NCBI GenBank assembly: GCA_030148335.1
Contig: JASBTQ010000047.1
Coordinates: 18,006 to 82,005, forward strand
Source of the DNA: Allomuricauda sp.
Lineage (GTDB): Bacteria; Bacteroidota; Bacteroidia; Flavobacteriales; Flavobacteriaceae
Direction of reading: 5' to 3'
Length of the DNA: 64,000 nt
A model generated the notes under the pieces. It saw only the letters and a list, made by a program, of their open reading frames with translations. It was not told where the DNA came from and did not search any database. Shown here piece after piece: positions 9,743 to 19,510 of this stretch. Both the position numbers and the translations under genes were made by a program. Numbering within the stretch: position 1 is the stretch's first letter; each line of letters opens with the position of its first letter.

Positions 9743-10011
9743 TGGTCCTTTCGGGCACGCAGTTGATGGATTTCCTCATCCGCAGCCTGAATAAGATTTT
9801 TCAAGTGAGGTACATCTTTCTTGGGGCACGATTGTGCCAAATGGTACCGGGAACTCTCTATCAATCTTTGGCAGTAGGCAATCTTTTCATTGACGGACAA
9901 TTTGGATATGGCCTGCATGTATAGATGGTCCAATTGCTGCAATGAAGTCTTTTTGGGACTATTTCGGAAAAAATTCAACATCATTAAATCAAAAAGGGTT
10001 GGTTGGTTCAT
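9739..10011 (-). CDS. Small hypothetical protein coupled to the kinase gene
   Basis: 90 aa helical ORF filling the gap between the two two-component systems, with a 4-bp overlap onto the kinase ORF. Confidence 0.55.
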   Translation of the reverse strand: MNQPTLFDLMMLNFFRNSPKKTSLQQLDHLYMQAISKLSVNEKIAYCQRLIESSRYHLAQSCPKKDVPHLKNLIQAADEEIHQLRARKDH

Positions 10012-10050
10012 CTTAGAGTCGCCACAAAAACCAAGCCATGATCATCAATG

Positions 10051-10752
10051 CTATTTTTCTTCCACACGGAGCATAAACCCTCTCCGGTTGACATTCACAA
10101 TACTTATGCGGGGATCTTTTCCCAAATGTTTCCTCAGGTGGGATATGAAAACATTGAGGCTCTTTTTATTGAAATAATCGTTTTTGTCCCAAATGGTGGT
10201 GAGTATTTCCTTGTGGGCACAGAGTTGGTTCTGGTTCATGGCCAATAGGGCGAGTAGGTCAAATTCCTTTCCGGTCAACTTTACGATTTCCCCTTTGTAC
10301 CTGAGTTCGAAATTCTCCGTGTTCAGTGTATAGTCACCAATTTGATATTGGGAAAGCTGGGGTTCCTCATCGGTCTCGGTCACCAAGCGGGCCAGTAATG
10401 CATTGATCCGCACCACCAACTCTTCCTCGTCTATGGGTTTTTTCAAATAGTCCACGGCTCCCAATGAAAACCCTTTTAGCACATCTATCTTGAGCGATCG
10501 GGCCGTAAGGAAGATAAAAGGCAGATCGGGATTGATGCCCTTAATTTTTTGGGAAAGTTCAAATCCATCCATGTCCGGCAACATCACATCCAGAATGGCT
10601 AGGTCAAAGACATTGGTCTCCGTCTTTAGAAGGGCATCTTGGGCATTTTTTGCCCATGTGACCACAAAGCCTTTCATGCCCAAATATTCTGAAAGCAGAT
10701 ACCCCAGTGAAGCATCGTCCTCTACCAAGATCAAGTTGTATTTTCTATCCAT
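10051..10752 (-). CDS. OmpR/PhoB-family response regulator
   Basis: LVEDD, DVMLP, FLTA, KP; winged helix with SLNVFISHLRK. Confidence 0.95.
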   Translation of the reverse strand: MDRKYNLILVEDDASLGYLLSEYLGMKGFVVTWAKNAQDALLKTETNVFDLAILDVMLPDMDGFELSQKIKGINPDLPFIFLTARSLKIDVLKGFSLGAVDYLKKPIDEEELVVRINALLARLVTETDEEPQLSQYQIGDYTLNTENFELRYKGEIVKLTGKEFDLLALLAMNQNQLCAHKEILTTIWDKNDYFNKKSLNVFISHLRKHLGKDPRISIVNVNRRGFMLRVEEK

Positions 10753-12019
10753 TTTTGGTCAATTTTAGGGAAATGATAAATGTGGTACCCTCCCCCAGTT
10801 TACTCTCCACGGTGATCTTACCGCGGTGCATTCTGATTATTTTTTGCACATAGGACAGGCCCAATCCGTACCCTTTTACCTTGTGCACATCACCATTTTT
10901 TACCCTATAGTATTTCCTAAAAATCTTTTTTTGGTCCTGCTTTGCAATTCCCTGTCCATTGTCCGAAACGGTAATCAGAAGCCTTCCTTTTTCTTTGTGG
11001 GCTTCCAGTCGCACCACGGGATCATCGGAGTATTTTTTTGCGTTTTCCAATAGGTTTCCGATCACATTTTCCAAATGGAACTTTTCGGCACGTAGGGAAA
11101 AAGGGCCTTCTTGCAGTTGATAACCGAAATCAACCTTCTCATGCTTGGCAAGCAGGGCAAAATCCTCACATAATTTAAACAATATAGGCCTAAAATCAAT
11201 CTCGATGAACTGCATGAGTTTTTTTCCTGATTCCAGGCTGGACAGTTCCAACACCTTATCGATATGCCCTTTCAACCGTTCTGTTTCCCTTCGGATGACT
11301 TCCACAACGGGCTTTTTATCTTCCGTGACATTCCCTTCCAGAATCTTGCTGGCCAACCCTATGGAAAACACGGGTGTTTTCAGTTCGTGGGTCAGGTTGT
11401 TGATAAAATCGTTCGTAGTCGTGATCAGGCTGCTCTGCCAATAGAACGATCGCAATACCCAAATCACGACCAGTATAATTGCAACAAGAAAAATAAGGCT
11501 CGGGATGGTGAGCCCTTTCAACTGTCCTAAGAAATACTTGTTCAGGTCCTGAAAACCAAGTTCCAAAATCACCTCCTTCTCCAAAAGCTTGGGCAGATAG
11601 CCTTCAATCTTGATGGGATAGGTCAACATTCCCTCTCCCCGGAGATGTTGTTTTGTCGAGCTCAGGTATTCCGTGGAATCTCTGGTAAAGAGTGAATAGG
11701 TGAACGGAGCATCTATCCCGGAAACGCCCAATTGGTAGGAAATGTAATCGTTGAGATAGAACTGTGATGCCTTTTGGAGACTGTCCAAGCCTATCTTCAC
11801 CTCCGAAGTGTCCCTTCTGATGGTGTTCCCTATGGTGTAGGTAAGGGAATTGAGTTCCGAGAGTTCCTTGCCAATATTTGTTCTGGCCCCGTCCATCTTT
11901 TCAGAAAACTGTGCCTTGGCCAGTCCCAACCCCACTCTCAAATATTGGTACTGTACCACAAAAAGGCCCACCACGGACACCACAAAAACAAAAACATACA
12001 GATTCCTTTTGGTCAGCAT
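10745..12019 (-). CDS. Membrane sensor histidine kinase
   Basis: Two TM segments, THELKTP, NLLENAKKY, DNGQG, GYGLGL; ATG 12019. Confidence 0.94.
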   Translation of the reverse strand: MLTKRNLYVFVFVVSVVGLFVVQYQYLRVGLGLAKAQFSEKMDGARTNIGKELSELNSLTYTIGNTIRRDTSEVKIGLDSLQKASQFYLNDYISYQLGVSGIDAPFTYSLFTRDSTEYLSSTKQHLRGEGMLTYPIKIEGYLPKLLEKEVILELGFQDLNKYFLGQLKGLTIPSLIFLVAIILVVIWVLRSFYWQSSLITTTNDFINNLTHELKTPVFSIGLASKILEGNVTEDKKPVVEVIRRETERLKGHIDKVLELSSLESGKKLMQFIEIDFRPILFKLCEDFALLAKHEKVDFGYQLQEGPFSLRAEKFHLENVIGNLLENAKKYSDDPVVRLEAHKEKGRLLITVSDNGQGIAKQDQKKIFRKYYRVKNGDVHKVKGYGLGLSYVQKIIRMHRGKITVESKLGEGTTFIISLKLTKNG

Positions 12020-12070
12020 GGTGCTAAATAAACAAAAAAACACCAGCTATTTACGCCTTGGTTAAGCGTA

Positions 12071-12107
12071 TTAATCTTTCATTAGTCTTTTTGTCTTTTC
12101 CTTAATC
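12071..12107. promoter_or_regulatory. Direct repeats TTA(A/G)TC, possible OmpR-type regulator boxes
   Basis: TTAATC at 12071, TTAGTC at 12082 and TTAATC at 12102, in roughly helical-turn phase next to the two-component operon. Confidence 0.4.
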
Positions 12108-12137
12108 CATTCCTATCCCCCAGAACCCTATCTTGGT

Positions 12138-12209
12138 GCTGAGTTTAGTTAGATACAATACATTCACGGTAGCGAATCCATTAAGCCGACCCTAAAGGGT
12201 CGGTTTTTT
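12138..12209 (+). ncRNA. Candidate small RNA (about 70 nt)
   Basis: TATCTTGG (-7-like box, 12129-12136) followed by a short ORF-less stretch ending in a strong orphan terminator. The 5' end is inferred. Confidence 0.4.
12185..12209 (+). terminator. Rho-independent terminator
   Basis: GCCGACCC-TAAA-GGGTCGGT stem followed by a T tract. Confidence 0.85.
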
Positions 12210-12281
12210 GTTTGTCCCTTTGGCCACATTGGGTGTTCATATAACTTCTTATCGTTTATCTTTACACTCCAAATTTTAGGC

Positions 12282-13025
12282 ATGTTCAGTTTTTTTCAGA
12301 AGAAAACCTATCTGGTGGATTATCTACATGGTCTGGTGGATATGCACAACCATATCCTTCCCGGCATTGATGACGGAGCAAAAACGGTGGATGACTCCAT
12401 GAGGCTGATCAAAGGGTTCGGTGAAATGGGTGTGACCCATTTTATCTGCACGCCCCACATCATGCACAATCATTATGACAATACCCCAAAGACCATCAAA
12501 GAGGCCCATAAGACCTTGATGGCCACATTGGAAAAGAGTGATCTTTCCCATACTTACATCGCTTATGCGGCAGAGCATATGATCGATGACAATTTCGAGC
12601 CGATTCTGGAAAGCGGGCAGGTCATAGCCTTGAAGGACTCCTTTCTTTTGGTCGAAATGTCATACCTGCAGCCTTCGTTCAATTTTGACATTGCCGTGGA
12701 GAAGATGGCCAAGCTCAAATATTTTCCTGTCCTGGCCCATCCAGAGCGGTACATGTACTTTCATCAAAAATATGGGACTTATAAAAAAATGAAGGCCAAT
12801 GGCATACACTTCCAATTGAACTTGTTGTCACTGACGCCCGAATCCTACGGAAGTGGTGTACAAAAAATGGCCCTGAAATTTTTACAGGACCATTTGGTTG
12901 ATTTTGTGGGTTCCGATGTGCACAATGTGCGTCAATTGGAGCTCTTGAAAGAAACGAGGCTCCATAACAAGACTTTGAACCTTTTGCTTCCGGTCATAGA
13001 AAATACAATCGAGACTTTTTATTGA
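12282..13025 (+). CDS. PHP-family tyrosine phosphatase (CpsB/YwqE-like, Wzb role)
   Basis: DMHNHILPGIDDG, CTPH, LAHPERY, GSDVH. Confidence 0.93.
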   Translation: MFSFFQKKTYLVDYLHGLVDMHNHILPGIDDGAKTVDDSMRLIKGFGEMGVTHFICTPHIMHNHYDNTPKTIKEAHKTLMATLEKSDLSHTYIAYAAEHMIDDNFEPILESGQVIALKDSFLLVEMSYLQPSFNFDIAVEKMAKLKYFPVLAHPERYMYFHQKYGTYKKMKANGIHFQLNLLSLTPESYGSGVQKMALKFLQDHLVDFVGSDVHNVRQLELLKETRLHNKTLNLLLPVIENTIETFY

Positions 13026-15413
13026 TCAAGAAAAGCTCCACCATTTTTTGATGGTCTTTCCGTAGCCGTAGCCATATTTTCCGCCATAGCCCAAGTTGGA
13101 TTGCTTTACCCCATTTACTACGAAGGATAGGTTTTTGAGCTTGCCTTCTTTTTTGAGCTTCAAGGGATAATCCATGACTTTTTTCTCTGTTGACATAGCT
13201 TTGACCACGTACAGAATTTGGTCGGCGTACTCGCTGATCAATAATGTGTCCGTCACGACCATCAAAGGTGCGGTGTCCACAATCACATAATCATATATCT
13301 TTGATGCCCTGTCAAAAAGTTCCCCCATCCTATCGTTCATTAATAATTCTGCTGGATTAGGTGGAATCGTGCCAGAAAAGATGATATCTATTCTGTTTTC
13401 ATTGATTTGTGTTGGGGTTGCAATATCATCAATATCCAGGCCAGAATTGACCAAATATTCGGTCAAACCTTTTTTGGAAGCTCTCTTCTCCCCCATCGTC
13501 AATTCGTCTCTTGAAAAGAAATCATAAAGCTTGGGATTTCTAATATCCGCCCCGATCAGGAGTACCTTTTTGCCCGTGTTGGCATAGACCGTGGCCAAGT
13601 TGGATGAAACAAATGTTTTTCCTTCACCCGGGATGCTTGATGTAATGAATATGAGGCTGCCCTTTGATTGACCTCCTTTGGAACTTTGGATGTAATTTAA
13701 ATTGGTCCGCAGTATCCTAAGGGATTCTGCCAAAACGGAACGGTCATCCTTTTTGATTATCTTACTTTCTTTGTTGCCCACTTTGGGCAATTCAGCTATC
13801 ACGGGTATATCATCCCCCACCAAACCTTCCAATTCTTGCTTGCTGTGGATTTTGTTGTCCAAGATACCACCTACATATATGAACAAAAAGGGAAGCATGA
13901 TGCCCAGGCCAAAACAGGCTATGTAGTTCATCATCTTGTTAGGTGAAACAGGAGCCGAACTTGTGCTATAGGCAGCATCCACAATCGAGGATGGAGGGGA
14001 TGCGGAAGCAAACGCTATCTGTGCCTCCTCCCTTTTCTCAAGAAGGTACAGGTACAAGGATTCCGTAGTCTCCAATTTTCTTGTGATGTCCCTAAGCGCC
14101 CTTTCGTTACTTGGAGCCGAATAAATTCTACTATTGATCCTGGACTGTTGTTTGGCCAAGCTATTCATTTGGAGTTCCAGACTGTTCGTGGTGTTGTTCA
14201 AACTTGAGAGCAGGCTTCGCTTTAGACTACTCAACTCCCTATCCAAGTTTTGGACCACAGGGTTAAGGTCACTGGAGCTTTCAAGAATCCTATTTCGCTC
14301 TGCGACAAGTTGGTTGTACCTTGCTGTTGTTCCGGACACCGATGGATCGGAAAGACCAAGGTTCGATGGCAATACTTCATATCCGTTCTGGTTCTCCACA
14401 ATATCTTTCATGGAAGTGGCTATGTTCAACTGCAATGATGCGTTCTCCAACTCTTGCCTGTTGGCCATTCCCACATTCAGATTGATATTGGACTCTGATG
14501 ATATATCGGTTATGCCCTTATCGGTTTTAAATTCTTCGGCAGATTGATCTACATTGTAGAGATTGGAATAAATCTCTGTGATCCTTGCGTCAATGAAGTT
14601 GGAGGTCTTGTCCGCCGCCATTTTCTTGTCATCTATGGCATTTTGGTTATACACCTCAACCAACGTGTTGATAATGTCCTGTGCCCTTTTCTGTATCCTA
14701 TCCTGCAAGTACAGGGTCAAAATATTCGACCCCTTTTCAACTGGATTGATCATTATCCGGGCCCTATAATTATCTGCAACTACGGAAACAGGATTGATGA
14801 CCACCTTGAATTCGTCCCCTTTGAAAGCTGCTATCTTTTCCGTGTTGGGAGTAATCACCATATCCCCAAGAGGTGTTGAAATATTGGAACCATAAGTGTT
14901 TGACTTATAGGGTGCCCCTTCCTCCCGCTTGAAACCGAAAGTGGCATTTGAGGTCAGGTTGAGATAGAAAGTGAAGCCTGATTTATGTACCACCGAGTCC
15001 GACTCAACAAAATTCAGATTGAATGGAAGATTATTATAAATCTCTGAATCCAGTATATTCCCAAGTTTGAAAACTTTTGTGTTCAGTTGAAGCTTGTTTA
15101 CAACTTCTATGAGGTTGGATCTGGATTTAATGATTTCAATTTCGTCTATGATGGGGTTCCGCTGTCCCTGAAATGCACCCAAATCCTGAAAAATTGCCAA
15201 TTCCGAAGTGCTGTTTTCCTCCGTAACGATCTTTATCCTGGCTAAGGCATCATATTGGGGCGCAGTGTATCTATTGTAAACAAACCCTAACAATAGAAAC
15301 AAAACCACAGATATAACGAACCAATACCACTTGCTAGTGTATTGCCTTATTACTTCCTTAAAGTCAATTTTATCAAAAGAGAATTTTCCGCTTTGTGAAC
15401 TTATTTCACTCAT
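13026..15413 (-). CDS. wzc: Polysaccharide co-polymerase / BY-kinase
   Basis: Two TM segments, coiled coil, Walker A PGEGKT, VIVDTAP and the C-terminal Tyr cluster GYGGKYGYGYG. Confidence 0.95.
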   Translation of the reverse strand: MSEISSQSGKFSFDKIDFKEVIRQYTSKWYWFVISVVLFLLLGFVYNRYTAPQYDALARIKIVTEENSTSELAIFQDLGAFQGQRNPIIDEIEIIKSRSNLIEVVNKLQLNTKVFKLGNILDSEIYNNLPFNLNFVESDSVVHKSGFTFYLNLTSNATFGFKREEGAPYKSNTYGSNISTPLGDMVITPNTEKIAAFKGDEFKVVINPVSVVADNYRARIMINPVEKGSNILTLYLQDRIQKRAQDIINTLVEVYNQNAIDDKKMAADKTSNFIDARITEIYSNLYNVDQSAEEFKTDKGITDISSESNINLNVGMANRQELENASLQLNIATSMKDIVENQNGYEVLPSNLGLSDPSVSGTTARYNQLVAERNRILESSSDLNPVVQNLDRELSSLKRSLLSSLNNTTNSLELQMNSLAKQQSRINSRIYSAPSNERALRDITRKLETTESLYLYLLEKREEAQIAFASASPPSSIVDAAYSTSSAPVSPNKMMNYIACFGLGIMLPFLFIYVGGILDNKIHSKQELEGLVGDDIPVIAELPKVGNKESKIIKKDDRSVLAESLRILRTNLNYIQSSKGGQSKGSLIFITSSIPGEGKTFVSSNLATVYANTGKKVLLIGADIRNPKLYDFFSRDELTMGEKRASKKGLTEYLVNSGLDIDDIATPTQINENRIDIIFSGTIPPNPAELLMNDRMGELFDRASKIYDYVIVDTAPLMVVTDTLLISEYADQILYVVKAMSTEKKVMDYPLKLKKEGKLKNLSFVVNGVKQSNLGYGGKYGYGYGKTIKKWWSFS

Positions 15414-15425
15414 CAACAATCAAAA

Positions 15426-16178
15426 TTAACGTACAAGAATCAAAGTAGAGGTAATGGCCAAGGAAAGCAAAGAAATGAAAATCGTGGTCCTATTATCCAA
15501 GGATGAGGCAGAAACTGCAGACTTGTTGGGCTCTACGTAGACTACATCATTCTGTGTCAAATAAAAGGCTGGGGATTTCATAGCTTCCTTTGAGGTAAGG
15601 TCAATCTTGTTGTACACCTTTACCCCATCAAAATCCCTGATGACCATTATGTTTTCCCTTTTTCCCTTAATGGTAAGGTCACCCGCAAGCCCCAACGCTT
15701 CCAATATGGTGATTTGCTCACCGATAATAGGGTATGTGCCCGGATTTCTTACTTCACCAAGGATGGTGACAGTAAAGTTACGCAAGCGTACATTTATGAT
15801 AGGATCCTTTAAATAGGATGACAGTTCTTTGCGCAACAGGGATTTTACTTCTTCGGGAGACAGTCCTAAAATCTTTACTTTTCCGATTACAGGAAAATCG
15901 ATTTCCCCGTTCTTGTCCACCAAATAATCCAAACTTTCCGACTGGCCATTGGCCGAAACACCGATGGTGAGGTTAAATGGGGCACTTGCCTCTGGGTTGA
16001 GGGTCGCCACGTAAATACTGACCACATCATCGACCTTGAACTTGGGTTCAAATGCGTTGTCGGCCACAATGGTCTCAAAATTCTGGGAATCTTGGAAATA
16101 CACTATTTTCTTGGGAGACCCACATGAGGCAATAAGTAGAATGAGAACCACACCTGCCAAACTTAATTTTGGTTTCAT
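15426..16178 (-). CDS. wza: Polysaccharide export outer-membrane lipoprotein
   Basis: Lipobox IASC, poly_export motif VDKNGEIDFPVIG, SLBB motif GEVRNPG. Confidence 0.93.
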   Translation of the reverse strand: MKPKLSLAGVVLILLIASCGSPKKIVYFQDSQNFETIVADNAFEPKFKVDDVVSIYVATLNPEASAPFNLTIGVSANGQSESLDYLVDKNGEIDFPVIGKVKILGLSPEEVKSLLRKELSSYLKDPIINVRLRNFTVTILGEVRNPGTYPIIGEQITILEALGLAGDLTIKGKRENIMVIRDFDGVKVYNKIDLTSKEAMKSPAFYLTQNDVVYVEPNKSAVSASSLDNRTTIFISLLSLAITSTLILVR

Positions 16179-16191
16179 AAGGATGTCTATA

Positions 16192-18138
16192 TTAATTGTT
16201 TAGTTGGGATACTTCCTTCAAATGCCCTTCTTGTTTGATTGTGGAGCTTTTAGGATTGTCCAATTTACAAAAATCGGAATTGTTAGAAATATATTCGGGA
16301 ACAATACTTTTCATCAACTGTACCACATTGTCCTTGAAAAACAAATTGGAGATGCACAATTCATCGATCTTTGTCCGTGTCGCACTGTAATCAACTTCCC
16401 TTACCTTGCTGATCATGATCTTATCATGATATGTGGGCAATGTGTTCTCTCCATTGGCCAGCAACTCTTCATACAGTTTTTCACCTGGTCTCAGCCCCGT
16501 GATCTTGATGTCTATATCATCTGGGTAGTGGAGTCCCGAAAGTCTGATCATATTCTTGGCCAGGTCCATGATCCTTACGGATTCCCCCATGTCAAAAATA
16601 AATATCTCGCCCCCTTTGCCCATTGCCCCGGCTTCCAAAACCAATTGGGAAGCTTCGGGAATGGTCATGAAGTAACGTGTGATATCCTTATGGGTCACAG
16701 TCAATGGACCTCCTTTTTCAATTTGCTTTCTAAAAAGTGGGATTACAGAACCATTGGAACCCAATACATTACCGAAACGGGTCGTAATGAATTTTGTTTT
16801 TCCCTCTTGTTGCCTACAACTGATGTACATTTCTGCGATCCGCTTTGTGGCCCCCATGATATTAGTGGGGTTCACCGCCTTATCCGTAGAAACAAAAACA
16901 AACTTTTCCACATCATATTCCAAGGCAAGGTCTGCGATGGTCTTGGTTCCTGCCACATTTATCTTAACGGCTTCATACGGATTTTGTTCCATCAACGGAA
17001 CGTGTTTGTATGCCGCTGCATGAAAAATCCTGTCAGGGCGGTATTCTTCGAACAAAGTTCGCATTTTGTTCTTATCGCGTATGTCCCCTATGATCGGCAC
17101 AAAATTAAAGAACCCAGCTTGTTTCAGTTCCTGTTGAAGGTCATATAGCGCAGATTCGGCCTGATCTACAACAACAAGGGTCCTGTAATTGTATTTACAG
17201 ATCTGTCTTACCAATTCACTACCAATAGACCCCGCTCCTCCAGTAACCATAATGACCTTATCCTCAAAGTCCTTGGAAACCTTGCTGTTTTTGATCTCAA
17301 TCGGAGGTCTGTCCAGAAGATCTTCAATTTGTACCCTTTTAATCTGCGATACCTTGAGTTCTCCATTTATCCAATCCTCAACAGGAGGCACAATTTTCAC
17401 CTTGACGGGAAGATCCACAACTTCATTGACCAGTGTTCTCAATTGTTTTGGGCGGATACTCTGGATGGAGAATATAATTTCCGAGACTTTGTGGAACTTC
17501 ACAAACTCCTCGGTCAAAATGGATTTGTCAAATACTTTTACCCCATTGATCTGTTTGCCCACTTTTTGTTGGTTGTTGTCCACAAACCCTATTACCTTCA
17601 CACCCATCTGTGAATGGTTGGTCAAGGTATTGTAGGTGATGATGCCTGATTCGCCTGCCCCATAGATGATTAAATTTTTGACCGGTCCTTGATTCCCGTT
17701 CATTAGGTTCTCATATCCAATTTTGAACAGGTATCTGGAAGCTGCCAGACTTATAAAGGTCAATAGGCTATTGATGATGATGATTGAAAGAGGGATGGTG
17801 AACCCATCGATCAAATTGTAATACCTATTGGCCATCACCACAGCTATCGTACCAATGCTCGCCAAACAAACGGCATTGAAAATAGCATATACGTCTTTGA
17901 TTCCAGTGTGTCTGACCACTCCTTTGTAGCTCCCCGAAATAAGGAAAGCCAACATAAAGAGAAGCACCACTACTGGAAGTTGGGCACGAAAACTTTGTAC
18001 ATCAAAGTCAAAACTAAGGTTGAACCTTATGAAATAAGCCAAAATAAATGAGGCCGAAACGATGCACAGATCAATAAAAAGCACCGTCCATTTGGAAGCA
18101 TAACGTTTACCGCTCCTTAAAAAGTAGTCCTTTATCAT
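16192..18138 (-). CDS. UDP-GlcNAc 4,6-dehydratase (PglF/CapD family)
   Basis: Four TM segments, GAGESG, TGGAGSIG, HAAAYKHVP, STDKAV, RFGNVLGS. Confidence 0.95.
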   Translation of the reverse strand: MIKDYFLRSGKRYASKWTVLFIDLCIVSASFILAYFIRFNLSFDFDVQSFRAQLPVVVLLFMLAFLISGSYKGVVRHTGIKDVYAIFNAVCLASIGTIAVVMANRYYNLIDGFTIPLSIIIINSLLTFISLAASRYLFKIGYENLMNGNQGPVKNLIIYGAGESGIITYNTLTNHSQMGVKVIGFVDNNQQKVGKQINGVKVFDKSILTEEFVKFHKVSEIIFSIQSIRPKQLRTLVNEVVDLPVKVKIVPPVEDWINGELKVSQIKRVQIEDLLDRPPIEIKNSKVSKDFEDKVIMVTGGAGSIGSELVRQICKYNYRTLVVVDQAESALYDLQQELKQAGFFNFVPIIGDIRDKNKMRTLFEEYRPDRIFHAAAYKHVPLMEQNPYEAVKINVAGTKTIADLALEYDVEKFVFVSTDKAVNPTNIMGATKRIAEMYISCRQQEGKTKFITTRFGNVLGSNGSVIPLFRKQIEKGGPLTVTHKDITRYFMTIPEASQLVLEAGAMGKGGEIFIFDMGESVRIMDLAKNMIRLSGLHYPDDIDIKITGLRPGEKLYEELLANGENTLPTYHDKIMISKVREVDYSATRTKIDELCISNLFFKDNVVQLMKSIVPEYISNNSDFCKLDNPKSSTIKQEGHLKEVSQLNN

Positions 18139-19268
18139 CTGAGTACGTTTTTAATGATATCACAAATCCTTTCAAGGTCGCCTTCCTCCATGCTGGATCC
18201 ACTGGGCAGGCAAAGACCCTTTTCAAAAAGATCTTCACTGATGCCGTTCACATAGGAAATGGATTTTTCAAAAACCGGTTGCAAATGCATGGGCTTCCAC
18301 AATGGTCTGGATTCAATGTTTTCCTTTTCCAGAGCGGTCCTGATGTTTTCCCTGGTTTCAAAAGAAGGGGTCAATATGCAGGTCAGCCATCTGTTCGAAA
18401 AACTTCCTGCAGATTCCTTGGCAAAAGCTATTTCAGAAATATGGGAAAGATTTTCCACATAGTATTCAAAATTGGCCCTCCTTGTCGCTACCCTATCCTC
18501 CAAGACTTCCATCTGTCCTATTCCTATCCCTGCCAACACATTGCTCATGCGATAATTATAACCAATATGCGAATGCTGGTAATGTGGGGAATTGTCCCTG
18601 GCTTGGGTAGCCAAAAAAACCGCCTTGTTCTTTAGATTTTCATCCTTGCAAAGTAAGGCGCCCCCTCCTGAAGTGGTAATAATTTTGTTTCCGTTGAACG
18701 ACAGAATGGAAATATCCCCAAAACTACCACAATGTTGACCGCTGTATGTACTGCCCAATGCCTCTGCGCTATCTTCAAGAACCGGGATTCCATATTTCTG
18801 GGCCACAGCATGAACTTCATTCACCTTATAGGGCATCCCATACAGGTGAACAGCCACTATGGCCTTGGGCTTTTTCCCCGTTGCGAGTCTATCTTTGATT
18901 GCATCTTCCAAAAGATGCGGGCAAATATTCCAGGTATCGTTTTCACTATCAATGAAGATTGGCGAAGCTCCAAGATAAGTGATTGGGTTGGCAGAAGCTG
19001 CAAAGGTGAAGCTTTGACAAAGCACCTCATCGCCGGTTCCCACCCCCAAAAGTTGTAGCCCCAAATGGATTGCCCCGGTGCCGGAAGTCAAACATGCTGC
19101 ATGCACACCATTCCCAACATATTGTTCAATGGCATTCTCAAACTCATGTACATTGGGTCCAAGGGGTGCTATCCAATTTGTTTCAAAGGCGTCGTTGACA
19201 TAGGCCCTTTCATTCCCACCCATGTGTGGTGGAGATAGCCATATTTTCTTCAGTACTGTGGTTTCCAT
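18135..19268 (-). CDS. DegT/DnrJ PLP sugar aminotransferase (PglE/EpsN-like)
   Basis: EDSAEALG, SFNGNKIITTSGGG, GYNYRMSN; ATG 19268. Confidence 0.94.
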   Translation of the reverse strand: METTVLKKIWLSPPHMGGNERAYVNDAFETNWIAPLGPNVHEFENAIEQYVGNGVHAACLTSGTGAIHLGLQLLGVGTGDEVLCQSFTFAASANPITYLGASPIFIDSENDTWNICPHLLEDAIKDRLATGKKPKAIVAVHLYGMPYKVNEVHAVAQKYGIPVLEDSAEALGSTYSGQHCGSFGDISILSFNGNKIITTSGGGALLCKDENLKNKAVFLATQARDNSPHYQHSHIGYNYRMSNVLAGIGIGQMEVLEDRVATRRANFEYYVENLSHISEIAFAKESAGSFSNRWLTCILTPSFETRENIRTALEKENIESRPLWKPMHLQPVFEKSISYVNGISEDLFEKGLCLPSGSSMEEGDLERICDIIKNVLR

Positions 19269-19510
19269 TTCAGTTTTGGGTTGATACAAGTAGGTGAGGT
19301 TTTTATTTTCGAAGGTAAAAGTAACAGTAAAATTGGCCTTTCAAATCATTTCAACCCACTATTCGCCGAACATGAAAAAAAATCGATTAAGTGTCCATCT
19401 GCAATAAAAACACTGTCCAAAATCAGCACCGACCCTTCGATAAAACAAATTTAGCTGAATAAATTGGCCCCATTTTATAATCTTTGCAATACAAAAGAAA
19501 CCTGGAAAAA

